Shown here: piece after piece, positions 39,063 through 48,510 of the stretch
Position numbering within the stretch: position 1 is the first letter of the stretch
Layout: each line of letters starts with the position of its first letter
Assembly: GCA_049322215.1 (NCBI GenBank)
Contig: JBMORU010000001.1
Location: forward strand, 900,023 to 964,022
Direction: 5' to 3'
Origin: Patescibacteria group bacterium
GTDB lineage: Bacteria > Patescibacteriota > WWE3 > UBA101185 > UBA10185
Length of the DNA: 64,000 nucleotides
Position numbers and translations under genes: made by a program
Notes under the pieces: generated by a model
What the model was told of the DNA's origin: nothing
Database searches by the model: none
The model's input: the letters and a program-made list of their open reading frames with translations, nothing else

Positions 39063-40411
39063 CCTGATTTTACAAGAAGTTGCCTAAAATTATCATCGTC
39101 AGACATTTTTTCCTTGATTATGTTAACTCTTTGAATTCTTGCTAAAGCTAGCGAGTTATCAATAGATTCCAACTCGTCATCTACTTCGTAAGCAGAACTA
39201 GTTCCATCTAAACTTTCCTGGCTCTCTAAAAGTGTTTGCTTTCGTGTTAATAACTCGGCAATTTGATGCGTACAGTCTACACAACCATACGTCGATTCAG
39301 CAGCTACATAGCGTTTATGCGCCTCTTCTATATTTGTTGAAAAATTTCTAGCGTTAAAGTGCTCATGTAACGCTGCATTTACCTCTGTATATTCGGGGTT
39401 TTCCGCAGGAAAAAGTTCATTTATTACTTTTTCGCTTTCATTGCGTTGCGCCGCAATAAACGAATCGGCAACACTCATCCAATCTAAAATTGCTGAAGCA
39501 ATTTCTTCTCTTCGATCTGGAGAAATGTTTTCTATTCCACTTTCAACATCATGACCTATTGAAATTCTTAACTCTCTAAATTCCGCCAAACTAGCTCTTT
39601 CATACTCATCATAATCTGTACTATTTCCAATATTCTCGCGTAAATCTACCATAGCTAGTAAAAAGGCTTCAAGTGAGGAAGAAGCTTCCAAATAGGGCTG
39701 TTCTGCAACTAGTGATTTTCTAAATTCACCTTTAAATTGTTTAAAGTACACATGTGGAAAAGTTGCTGCAATATCTTCTTGTACAGTTTCTAAGGTTAAA
39801 TTATTAAAAATCTTTTCACCGTCAGTAGTTACATAACGTTGTAAATGACTATAAATGTACTCTGCGCTAAGTTGCTCATTTCCTTTAGCAACATTTAAGT
39901 TTTGTAAAACCTGATTTTCTTGTATATCTGATTCAAAAGCTCCTCTATGTCTTGTTCTGAAACCTGAAACCTCATTATAATCAAAGTTTTGCTCTATATC
40001 ATGACCAAAACCATAGGCATACATTAAAACCAAGCGATAGTTTTCTACATCAGTTTGACTTGCAGAGTCCAAAAATTCCTGAGGCATACCATGCCTAGCC
40101 AACTGTGGAAACTGCTCAAACAAGTTAAGCATTAAACTTACTGATTTTTCAGCTACATAGCGAGAGTGCTCAACACCATGAAAAGGTAAATGTTGTTCAG
40201 TATATGGAATGTGGCCATCTTCAGCGACTTCTGCAGAGCCAAAGCGTTCTTGTAATTCATGTTCGAATATAGCAGAAACAAACTGGGGTACAGTTTCTAT
40301 TGAGTCTACTACTATTTCAGATTCAGGATTTTGCAACGCCTCTTCGATTAAAGTTAAATTTCTTGCAGGTTCTGAATCAATTAGGCTGTTAATTTCATCG
40401 GCTTCTGACAT
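39035..40411 (-). CDS. HD-domain metal-dependent phosphohydrolase-like protein
   Basis: Ordered motifs LPFHGVEH, GHD, NEQLSA, IAAT, AMVDL. C-terminal coiled coil. Confidence 0.6.
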   Translation of the reverse strand: MSEADEINSLIDSEPARNLTLIEEALQNPESEIVVDSIETVPQFVSAIFEHELQERFGSAEVAEDGHIPYTEQHLPFHGVEHSRYVAEKSVSLMLNLFEQFPQLARHGMPQEFLDSASQTDVENYRLVLMYAYGFGHDIEQNFDYNEVSGFRTRHRGAFESDIQENQVLQNLNVAKGNEQLSAEYIYSHLQRYVTTDGEKIFNNLTLETVQEDIAATFPHVYFKQFKGEFRKSLVAEQPYLEASSSLEAFLLAMVDLRENIGNSTDYDEYERASLAEFRELRISIGHDVESGIENISPDRREEIASAILDWMSVADSFIAAQRNESEKVINELFPAENPEYTEVNAALHEHFNARNFSTNIEEAHKRYVAAESTYGCVDCTHQIAELLTRKQTLLESQESLDGTSSAYEVDDELESIDNSLALARIQRVNIIKEKMSDDDNFRQLLVKSGYSVAYSTL

Positions 40412-40451
40412 AAATAGTGAAACAATACTAATTTCTGTGTATTATTTTAGC

Positions 40452-40931
40452 ATGAAGAGCATAAAGCCAAGTTATCTTAGAAACGTTATATTTGGGGCAG
40501 AAGATAGCTTAGTTTCTACAGTAGGAGTATTGTTTGGAGTTTCAACAGCATTGCCTAACTATGAAACCATAGTTTTGACCGGCTTTGTAGTAATTGCCGT
40601 TGAAGCCTTATCTATGGGTGCCGGTGCATACTTATCTGAAATAGAAACTGAAGAGACCTTAAAAACAAAAAATGATACACCGGTTATAGATGGCTTACTA
40701 ATGTTTGTATCTTACTTTTTTGCAGGCTTTATCCCGTTGGCACCTTACGTGTTTTTTGAAATTGGCTATGCCCGTTTACTGTCTGTTGCACTTACAATAT
40801 TTTCTCTATTTATACTTGGCTATATACCTCAAAAAAGTTTAAAGGCAGCAATAAGAATGGCTGTGGTGGCAAGTTTAGCTGTGTTAATTGGGTTTTTAAT
40901 TGGAAATATATCTCCAGTTAATGCAATTTGA
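40452..40931 (+). CDS. VIT1/CCC1 Fe/Mn transporter family protein
   Basis: Motifs IFGAEDSLVST, EALSMGAGAYLS, GFIPLAPY. Start placed at MKSIK. Confidence 0.9.
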   Translation: MKSIKPSYLRNVIFGAEDSLVSTVGVLFGVSTALPNYETIVLTGFVVIAVEALSMGAGAYLSEIETEETLKTKNDTPVIDGLLMFVSYFFAGFIPLAPYVFFEIGYARLLSVALTIFSLFILGYIPQKSLKAAIRMAVVASLAVLIGFLIGNISPVNAI

Positions 40932-40971
40932 AGTTGCAGTGTAGTTTATGCTAAGCTTACATAGAACTCCT

Positions 40972-41598
40972 ATGAGTATTAAAGCTGTCCATAAAAAGAA
41001 GTCAGTTAAGCTAGTTGCTCCAATAGCGTGGTTTGGAGCTATAAACGCAATAACTCTAGTAGGAGTTGTTTTTTTGATAATAACTTCGTTTTCCAAAGTT
41101 CCAGTTACAAATTTTAAATATTCAATATTTTCGGCTAAACCGTTAGTTTTGGGCGCTACTTCAAGTAGACTTGAAGGCGGAGATGCCCGAGCTGCAGCAA
41201 TTGACCAGTATTTTGATAGCTACAATTGTCCAATGGAAGATTTGGGAGAGGTATTTGTTAGAGAGGCTGATAAAAACAATATCCCTTATTGGTTAGTTGC
41301 AGCAGTATCTTTTCAAGAATCTAATTGTGGAAAAAAGACACCTGAGCCCGGCGGTGTAGAATCGTACAATGCCTGGGGTTGGGGAGTGTATGGCGATAAT
41401 GTTAAAATGTTTGACGACTGGGAACATGGCATTTCTGTAGTTTCCAAATATTTCAATGAAAAGTTTTATTCAAAGGGAATCACCGAACCTTGTGACATAA
41501 TGAAAATATATACGCCTCCATCTAAGGGTTCTTGGTGTGCTGGAATAGAATACTTTAGAGATGGCATTACACAGTACAGATCCCCAAATTCTGAATAA
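40972..41598 (+). CDS. Membrane-anchored lysozyme-like protein
   Basis: Motifs AVSFQESNCGK, NAWGWG, F.DW..GI, YTPPS..W. Confidence 0.75.
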   Translation: MSIKAVHKKKSVKLVAPIAWFGAINAITLVGVVFLIITSFSKVPVTNFKYSIFSAKPLVLGATSSRLEGGDARAAAIDQYFDSYNCPMEDLGEVFVREADKNNIPYWLVAAVSFQESNCGKKTPEPGGVESYNAWGWGVYGDNVKMFDDWEHGISVVSKYFNEKFYSKGITEPCDIMKIYTPPSKGSWCAGIEYFRDGITQYRSPNSE

Positions 41599-41724
41599 CC
41601 TATAGTTTGCTAAGTGTGTTAAAAATGTTATAATATATTGAAGTAAAGCATACTTTTAATTTCCCTAAACAATAAGTAAATAGATAAAGACACGTTTAGA
41701 CGTTATTTGTGTGCTTATAAATAT

Positions 41725-42270
41725 ATGCTTAACATAAGTAATGCAATACAATCTATACTGTTACCTCCAGCCATCGTTACAATGATGGCATTTGGTAATG
41801 TAAGTACTTCCACAGAAGTGGAAGTGAAAAATATGGAATTTAACATAGAAGCCTCTAAGGTTGATAGAGTAGAGGTATTAAAAAATTTCTTTGCAAAATA
41901 TGATTCCCCATTAGTTGATCATAGCGACACTTTTGTGCAAGTAGCCGATTTATACGGAATAGACTATAAACTTTTACCCGCAATTTCATGTATGGAATCT
42001 ACATGTGGAAAATTTATGCCCTACAACTCTAACAATGCTTTTGGATGGGGAGTTTATGGTGGAAATTATATTTCATTTGAAACACATGACGAGGCTATAC
42101 AAACGGTAGGTGAAGGCTTAAACAAAAACTACTTTTCTAAAGGTTTAGACACAATTGAAGAGATTGCACCAGTTTACACACCTCCAAACTCACATAACTG
42201 GGCAAATGGTGTTAGATTTTTTACATCTCAAATGGATGAAATTGAACAAACACATAAGCCACAATCATAA
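41725..42270 (+). CDS. Lysozyme-like protein, paralog of the preceding gene
   Basis: Motifs AISCMESTCGK, NAFGWG, YTPPN...W..GV. Confidence 0.75.
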   Translation: MLNISNAIQSILLPPAIVTMMAFGNVSTSTEVEVKNMEFNIEASKVDRVEVLKNFFAKYDSPLVDHSDTFVQVADLYGIDYKLLPAISCMESTCGKFMPYNSNNAFGWGVYGGNYISFETHDEAIQTVGEGLNKNYFSKGLDTIEEIAPVYTPPNSHNWANGVRFFTSQMDEIEQTHKPQS

Positions 42271-42314
42271 GGGCATGCTACCTAGTATTAACTAAAGCAA
42301 CATACCCAAATAAA

Positions 42315-42887
42315 CTAAGCTTCATTTTCATCCCTAAGTTCCTTTTTAAAGGCATTATCATCTGCTGTTTGCGACATAAAGGTCAAAGCTGCAGGATCGT
42401 TGCTATTAACAAGCTCTAAAAACCTAGGAATAAAAAGCTTTTTAAACGTAAAAACGTTAAACTTAGATGGTACAAAATCAACACCCAATAAGTCGTAAAA
42501 ATCTTCACGACCATCTTTTGGAATCAACATAGGCCATATTCCCATTAAAATCAAACTTTGCATTAACGGGTTTATCGACATTTTATGTCCCTCAATACCA
42601 AATTTGTGCTCAATAAAATCCGTTAATTTTTGTAACTCATTGTTGGAATAGTACTCAGCAACTTTAACTAGCTCAAGTGCAGATAAAGAGTTTAGTATTC
42701 TTAAACTCATTGCTTCGGGGTCGTTTTGCTCAGTTTCTGTTCGGTTTGGAAATAGTAAAACTTCCAACGGGCCTAATGTTCCACCTAAAGCAACATAAAG
42801 ACGTAAAACAACCCAAATCAGTAACAGAAACAAAATTCCAAAAAGGCACAATACACCAGTAATGAAATATGCCACTAGCTCACTCAT
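42315..42887 (-). CDS. Orphan membrane-anchored protein
   Basis: N-terminal TM helix, AAAGGAGA SD, hairpin at 42271-42307. Confidence 0.65.
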   Translation of the reverse strand: MSELVAYFITGVLCLFGILFLLLIWVVLRLYVALGGTLGPLEVLLFPNRTETEQNDPEAMSLRILNSLSALELVKVAEYYSNNELQKLTDFIEHKFGIEGHKMSINPLMQSLILMGIWPMLIPKDGREDFYDLLGVDFVPSKFNVFTFKKLFIPRFLELVNSNDPAALTFMSQTADDNAFKKELRDENEA

Positions 42888-43006
42888 AATTTGTCTCCTT
42901 TATTTGTTGATATGGCAAAGATTTGTATAGCAATTTTACTATATTTTGCCAAAAAACGTTATAGATGTAGCCTTAGCTAGCTAAGTAGTATATAATCTCT
43001 CTGCTT

Positions 43007-43091
43007 GGGCAAGTGGCGGAATTGGTATACGCGCATGTCTTAGGAACATGTGCCTCACGGCGTGTGGGTTCGAGTCCCACCTTGCCCACCA
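43007..43091 (+). tRNA. tRNA-Leu(TAG)
   Basis: Acceptor stem GGGCAAG/CTTGCCC, anticodon arm CATGT-CTTAGGA-ACATG, variable arm, CCA. Confidence 0.96.
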
Positions 43092-43142
43092 CAGCAACAA
43101 TTAACTTAACCTTAACATCCTCAATAATGCTATAGTTATGAT

Positions 43143-43643
43143 ATGAAAACAAAAAAGGTAATATTAGGTATTCTTGTTGGGATAGTTTTAGGTTTTACTG
43201 TCGCATCATTTGTCCTTTCACCAAAAACACAAACAAAAATAGAAACCTCTAAAAATCCTGATATAGAAAAATGGTATGAAGTAGCAGAAAACTCAAAGTA
43301 TAAAATATTTACCGGAAGTGCACGCTATGCTTCAACAAGTACTACCATAGTATTAGACTTGGAAAAAAACTTGCTTTTAGTACCTAATAAATCGTGCGAA
43401 GTAAAAATTCCAACTGAACTAAAACAAAAAGAAACAAGCTATTTTTATAACGATAGTGTGGGAATAATAAAACTTGGACCCTACAAATCTATTTTTGCTT
43501 CACAAGACGGCGAAGAATTTGTGCAAAAAGTGCAAAATGCGGGATGTCTGGCTGAAGAAGGAAGAATTACTTTGAGTACTGATGAAACTAAAGGTGCAGT
43601 CGACTGTACAATAGCCATAGAGTATAAACACTTGGGATGCTAG
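43143..43643 (+). CDS. Hypothetical exported protein
   Basis: N-terminal TM helix, four Cys. TATAGT lies 6 nt before the ATG. Confidence 0.65.
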   Translation: MKTKKVILGILVGIVLGFTVASFVLSPKTQTKIETSKNPDIEKWYEVAENSKYKIFTGSARYASTSTTIVLDLEKNLLLVPNKSCEVKIPTELKQKETSYFYNDSVGIIKLGPYKSIFASQDGEEFVQKVQNAGCLAEEGRITLSTDETKGAVDCTIAIEYKHLGC

Positions 43644-43703
43644 ATAAAGAAATGAATGAAGTGAGAGCTTTGTGAATAAAACTCCCACTACATTCACTAT
43701 TTT

Positions 43704-44519
43704 TCACCAACCAACTCTTCTAATTACAAGGTCATAACCAACAAGCTTAACTGCTTCATGGGCAACCTTATATGCATCTGACTGAGTAAACCCAACAGCA
43801 TACAGCATATCTTTTGAGTCAAAGCTGATATTACCGTTTAAACGAGGTGGGCGACTTGCATATAAAAGAACCCCGGGCTTGGCCAAAGCAACCATTATCC
43901 AGTCCTTATGCTTCACCAAATGTACTTCTTTCCAACGTACATTATTTGCTATTGACACTGCATTTAAAAATAACTGGGTAAAAAAGCTCAATAGCAAATT
44001 GCCGCTAATAGCATAAACCAATACAAAGAGAAATCCTGCAAAAGTGTGATCTAAAAATTCCTCTAAAAAAGAATCCCCCTTTTTGTATTTTTTAGCATTT
44101 GCAATAAACGTAAGCCAAATTCCAAATGCTAAAGAAACTACCAACAAAGCGTTAAAGTTAACTAAATATTCAAGTGCAAGCGAATATAAAGTACCTCGAA
44201 ACGCTAGCGTTTCAAGAATAACCCCTGGAATAACAATGCTCCAAAAGTTCTTCATTCTCAAAACCTCAGTAATGCTCCTATAGTCATTGCGATGAGATAT
44301 ATAACCTTTGCCTCTGGTAAAGACTTTATAGTACATAAAGCTTTTGAGTTCAGGCCCAATAGCTATAAAGACTACCGACAAAATCGTAATACTGTTAAGC
44401 TCGGGTAACTTTACCAAGTGCACACTTGGTAAAGCCAGAAAAACTAGCAACCCATACATTAGCAGCTTCGCAAGCCTGCTTGGCAAACCTTTTCTAACCA
44501 AAAATGTGTATAAAGTCAT
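43704..44519 (-). CDS. Degenerate CPBP-like membrane protein (orphan cassette)
   Basis: ILETLAFRG resembles the EExxFRG motif, but the catalytic His motifs are absent. AAGGAGA SD, hairpin at 43648-43700. Confidence 0.6.
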   Translation of the reverse strand: MTLYTFLVRKGLPSRLAKLLMYGLLVFLALPSVHLVKLPELNSITILSVVFIAIGPELKSFMYYKVFTRGKGYISHRNDYRSITEVLRMKNFWSIVIPGVILETLAFRGTLYSLALEYLVNFNALLVVSLAFGIWLTFIANAKKYKKGDSFLEEFLDHTFAGFLFVLVYAISGNLLLSFFTQLFLNAVSIANNVRWKEVHLVKHKDWIMVALAKPGVLLYASRPPRLNGNISFDSKDMLYAVGFTQSDAYKVAHEAVKLVGYDLVIRRVGW

Positions 44520-44665
44520 TTTGTCTCCTTAATCTGCTTTAATCACCTTTACTTGTATTGTTAGTTTTGCTTATTTATATGGTAGAATACCACAGTTAGA
44601 CGGCATATTGCAGAGCCGAAAAATAAAAAATCAATCAAATTCTGCATAAAATTTAAAAAAACTAT

Positions 44666-45571
44666 ATGGAAATAAAAGTAGAAAAAAACCCAAAATCAAC
44701 ACTAAAACTTACAATAACTGTAGAAAAAGAAAAAGTATCTGATGCATACAATTCAGTTGTAACAAAGTTTGTGGAAGAAGCTGAACTCCCAGGGTTTAGA
44801 AAAGGCAAAGCGCCAAAAGATACTGTAATGAAAAATACAGATATTTCTAAAATTCATGGTGAAGTTATAAACGAACTGCTACAAACATATTATGTTCAAG
44901 CAGTAAGAGAAAAACACGTTTCTGCTATTTCTAGCCCAAAAATAGAAATAAACGAATTTGAGCTTGAAAAAGATTTTACTTTCACAGCTACAGTAGCAGT
45001 TAAACCTGAAATCAAGATTGGTGCGTATAAAAACACGTTAAAGAAGCTTCAAAAAGAGAAAACTGAACAAGCAGAAAAAGAAGTTAAAAAAACCAATGAA
45101 GAAAGGCTTAAAAAGGGCGAAAAACTCGAAGAGGCACATGTTCATTTAACTGTAGATGAAATAATTGGTGCTATTTTAGACGTAACAGAAATTGAAGTTG
45201 CAGACGTATTAATAGAGGAAGAAACCGACCGAATGATTGCCCGCTTAATTGATCAGGCTCAAACAATTGGAATGTCGCTGGAGCAATACTTACACGCTCA
45301 AAACAAGTCAGGTGAAGAATTAAGAAAAGAATACGCAAAAATTGCAGAAAGAAACATAAAAGCTGAATTTGCTCTTAACCAATTAATTGAAGATGAAAAG
45401 GTTGAAATACCTGAAACCGAAATTGATGCAGCAATAAGCGCAGCGGGAGATCCTGAAACAGTTCAAAAACTCCAGGAACCCGGTCAGAGATGGTATATTA
45501 AAACTATTCTTGCTAAAAACAAGTTGCTTCAAAAGTTAATTGAAGAAGCAGAAGGAGAAAAACATGCATAA
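44666..45571 (+). CDS. tig: Trigger factor, short form without apparent FKBP domain
   Basis: LPGFRKGKAP ribosome-binding motif, 301 aa, directly upstream of clpP. Confidence 0.9.
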   Translation: MEIKVEKNPKSTLKLTITVEKEKVSDAYNSVVTKFVEEAELPGFRKGKAPKDTVMKNTDISKIHGEVINELLQTYYVQAVREKHVSAISSPKIEINEFELEKDFTFTATVAVKPEIKIGAYKNTLKKLQKEKTEQAEKEVKKTNEERLKKGEKLEEAHVHLTVDEIIGAILDVTEIEVADVLIEEETDRMIARLIDQAQTIGMSLEQYLHAQNKSGEELRKEYAKIAERNIKAEFALNQLIEDEKVEIPETEIDAAISAAGDPETVQKLQEPGQRWYIKTILAKNKLLQKLIEEAEGEKHA

Positions 45572-46172
45572 CAATAACGTTTTAGTTCCAGTTGTAGTTG
45601 AAAAAGACCCTAACGGTTTTGAAAGATCTTACGATATATATTCAAGGCTTTTAAAAGACTTTATTATTTTTGTTACTGGGCCTATTGATATGGCTACCGC
45701 AAACACATTTATTGCACAAATGCTGTTTTTACAAAGTAATGATCCCGATAGAGATATAAATATATATATTAACTCCGGGGGAGGCGTAACATACGCGGGT
45801 AAAGCAATGTATGACACTATAAAACATGTAAAAAACGATGTTTCTACAATAAATGTAGGGCTTGCAGCATCAGCAGCAGCTTTAATTTTGTGCGCAGGAA
45901 CAAAAGGCAAACGATATGCACTGCCACACTCTAAAGCTATGATCCATCAAACCAGAATAATGGGTGGCGGTATTGAAGGTACTGCAACAGATATTGAAAT
46001 TGAAGCACGCGAGATGATAAAAAGCAAAGAAACATATGCTAAATTAATTTCAGAAAACACCGGACAAAAATACGACAAGGTTATTAAAGATATTGAACGT
46101 GATTTATGGATGGACGGAGATGAAGCTTTAAAGTACGGGTTAATTGATAAAATTCATACTCCTGAAAAATAA
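45564..46172 (+). CDS. clpP: ATP-dependent Clp protease proteolytic subunit
   Basis: Motifs YDIYSRLL, YINS.GG, AASAA, MIHQ, ERD...EALKYGLID. Confidence 0.96.
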   Translation: MHNNNVLVPVVVEKDPNGFERSYDIYSRLLKDFIIFVTGPIDMATANTFIAQMLFLQSNDPDRDINIYINSGGGVTYAGKAMYDTIKHVKNDVSTINVGLAASAAALILCAGTKGKRYALPHSKAMIHQTRIMGGGIEGTATDIEIEAREMIKSKETYAKLISENTGQKYDKVIKDIERDLWMDGDEALKYGLIDKIHTPEK

Positions 46173-46188
46173 GGTTTGCTATTAGTTG

Positions 46189-46264
46189 GGTCGGTTAGCT
46201 CAGCTGGTAGAGCGCTTCAGTGACATTGAAGAGGCCGCAGGTTCAAGTCCTGCACCGACCACCA
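46189..46264 (+). tRNA. tRNA-Val(GAC)
   Basis: Acceptor stem GGTCGGT/ACCGACC, anticodon arm CTTCA-GTGACAT-TGAAG, GTTCAAGTC, CCA. Confidence 0.93.
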
Positions 46265-46285
46265 ACATAGTGATATACTTTTGTC

Positions 46286-47527
46286 ATGAATGCTGAGGTA
46301 ACAGAACAAAATACGCAAAACCCTAACACCCTGTCTACAGAAAACTCAGAACAGCAAAACGTTAAAAAGCACGCTAAAAAAATACTTTTTATACTCGCGC
46401 TAATCATTTTACTGGGAAGTGGTTTATTAGGGGTCATCGCATACTTTAGCCAGGCACAAAAAAATCTAAGCACAAAAAGATCTACAGAGGAAAACAAAAA
46501 TTTAGTAAACTCAACCCCTCAAACAACCGAAACCACGCAAAGTGAAAATCCCACCAATGAGACTTTTAATACAGTTACAAGTAAACAAGCAGCCTATACA
46601 GACGAAATTTTAGGTATAAAACTAAATTACGACGCGACAATTTTTGATGAGTTAATAACAGGGGAAATTAAAACGGTAGAAAGTACGTCAGCTACATTTG
46701 TTGTTCAACAAAACTCACAAGCAAACTTTCAAGCATTTCACGTGTTTATAGGAAAAAACCCCAATAATGAAACTTTTACTCAATGGCTGCTAGACTCAAA
46801 CACAATTCAACCATCAACAGCAGGTCAAGCAATAAATATAAAGGAGTTGGCAAAAACTACAACTTTTAGCTTGGACAATAAACCAAAATTTGCAAAAGAT
46901 ACGTACCAATTAGTAACAAACCCAAATATAAAACTTGTTGGGGTAATTAACAAAGGAAGCAACTTTATTTTACTAGGGACTGAAAACGTAAATGCAAACG
47001 ATGCCTTTATATCTACTACGTTTAACAGTTTGAGACCCATAAATAACGACGACTCTTTAAATAGCACTGCATCTTTTTCTTTAGAACTGCCGTTGCTACC
47101 AAACGAGTTTAGCTGGACGTCAGACCAAACCAAAAACATAGTATCAATTGCAAGAACCGCATTCCAAACAGGACAAACTACTAAAGAAATAGAGGGTATT
47201 ACCTGGAGTACAGCAGCAAAAGCAAACACAAACGAAGACGCTCTGGAAATAGTGCAAGCATTTAGAAAATATTATGAATACAGCACCTGGGATAATGGTT
47301 GGACAAGTAGAAAAGAAACTGAAGGTTACACTTTAACAAAGGGTAAGTCAGAAAGCCCAATTTCGTATAGTGCAGGTAAAATTGGCACAATTGGATCAAA
47401 TGCTAGAGTAATAGAATACAAATATAAAGTTAACGATGCCCAGACAGAAGATTTGAATATACAGTGCCCTTGTGAAGTAGCATTATCGGTATTTGTAAGT
47501 AATATTATTGATTTAAATACTTTATAA
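46286..47527 (+). CDS. Hypothetical membrane-anchored extracellular protein
   Basis: One TM helix, Thr/Gln-rich linker, C-terminal CPC. Confidence 0.65.
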   Translation: MNAEVTEQNTQNPNTLSTENSEQQNVKKHAKKILFILALIILLGSGLLGVIAYFSQAQKNLSTKRSTEENKNLVNSTPQTTETTQSENPTNETFNTVTSKQAAYTDEILGIKLNYDATIFDELITGEIKTVESTSATFVVQQNSQANFQAFHVFIGKNPNNETFTQWLLDSNTIQPSTAGQAINIKELAKTTTFSLDNKPKFAKDTYQLVTNPNIKLVGVINKGSNFILLGTENVNANDAFISTTFNSLRPINNDDSLNSTASFSLELPLLPNEFSWTSDQTKNIVSIARTAFQTGQTTKEIEGITWSTAAKANTNEDALEIVQAFRKYYEYSTWDNGWTSRKETEGYTLTKGKSESPISYSAGKIGTIGSNARVIEYKYKVNDAQTEDLNIQCPCEVALSVFVSNIIDLNTL

Positions 47528-47572
47528 CCTAATACGTCTTGCTACGAGTATTTCCTCTGTTATAATTCAACA

Positions 47573-48493
47573 ATGGCAAAGAAAAAACGAAAAAACAATA
47601 AAAACCAGGATACCAAAGACTTAAACAAACAGGTGCATGAAGAGCTGCCTGAGGACGAAGAATCGGTATCAGAAGATATAGATTTAGATGAAGAACTAGA
47701 AGATGGTGATGAAGAAACAGAAGAAGAAATAGACGAATACGATGAGTCATTTGAAATAGAAGATGAAGAAGAAAATGAGGATGATGATGACGATGACGAC
47801 CCTGAAGAAGAGGATGAACTTGAGGACGAAGATTACGATACAGACGATGATGAAGAAAACGAAGATGATGATGATGAGTACGACATGAGCTACGAAATTG
47901 AAGAAACTAAAAAAGCCTCTGGTACAAAAAAAGCTATACTAGCATTACTAGTAATTTTAACTCTTACAGGATTAGCCTTTATTTACAAAAGCGAATTGGT
48001 AGTAGCAACAGTAAATGGTAAACCCATTACAAGAACCCAGCTCATCGCAGAGCTAGAAAAACAAGGTGGAAGCCAAACACTAGATTCACTTATTACGCAA
48101 GAATTAATAAAACAAGAAGCTAAAAATAGGAACATAGTAATATCGGATGAAGATCTTCAAAAAGAAATAGATGAAATAGCCACTACAGTAGCTGCACAAG
48201 GAATGACACTTGAGCAAGCATTAGAGCTACAAGGTAGTTCTATGGAAAGATTCAGAGAACAAGTAAGATTACAGCTCGTAGTAGATAAAATAGTAGTAGA
48301 AAATGTTGAAATTAGCGATGAAGAAGTTACTTCTGCAATGCAACCTTTATTGGATAATGGGCAAGAAGATTCTCAAGAGCTAAGAGATCAAGTAAAAGCG
48401 CAGTTGGCACAAACAAAAATAGCGCAAGCAACTCAAGAATTTATTCTTGGTCTACGTGAAAACGCTAATATAAACATTCTTAAAGAATATTAA
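47573..48493 (+). CDS. SurA/PrsA N-terminal-domain protein with long acidic N-terminal tail
   Basis: VVATVNGKPIT...LDSLITQELIKQEA after a TM helix. About 90-aa D/E-rich stretch precedes the TM. Confidence 0.8.
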   Translation: MAKKKRKNNKNQDTKDLNKQVHEELPEDEESVSEDIDLDEELEDGDEETEEEIDEYDESFEIEDEEENEDDDDDDDPEEEDELEDEDYDTDDDEENEDDDDEYDMSYEIEETKKASGTKKAILALLVILTLTGLAFIYKSELVVATVNGKPITRTQLIAELEKQGGSQTLDSLITQELIKQEAKNRNIVISDEDLQKEIDEIATTVAAQGMTLEQALELQGSSMERFREQVRLQLVVDKIVVENVEISDEEVTSAMQPLLDNGQEDSQELRDQVKAQLAQTKIAQATQEFILGLRENANINILKEY

Positions 48494-48510
48494 TAAACAA
48501 AGAATAGTTT

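Noticed and set aside
43704-44519. Active Abi/CPBP protease or defence gene
   Set aside because: The EExxxR motif is degenerate and the His motifs are missing. It is kept only as a degenerate homologue.
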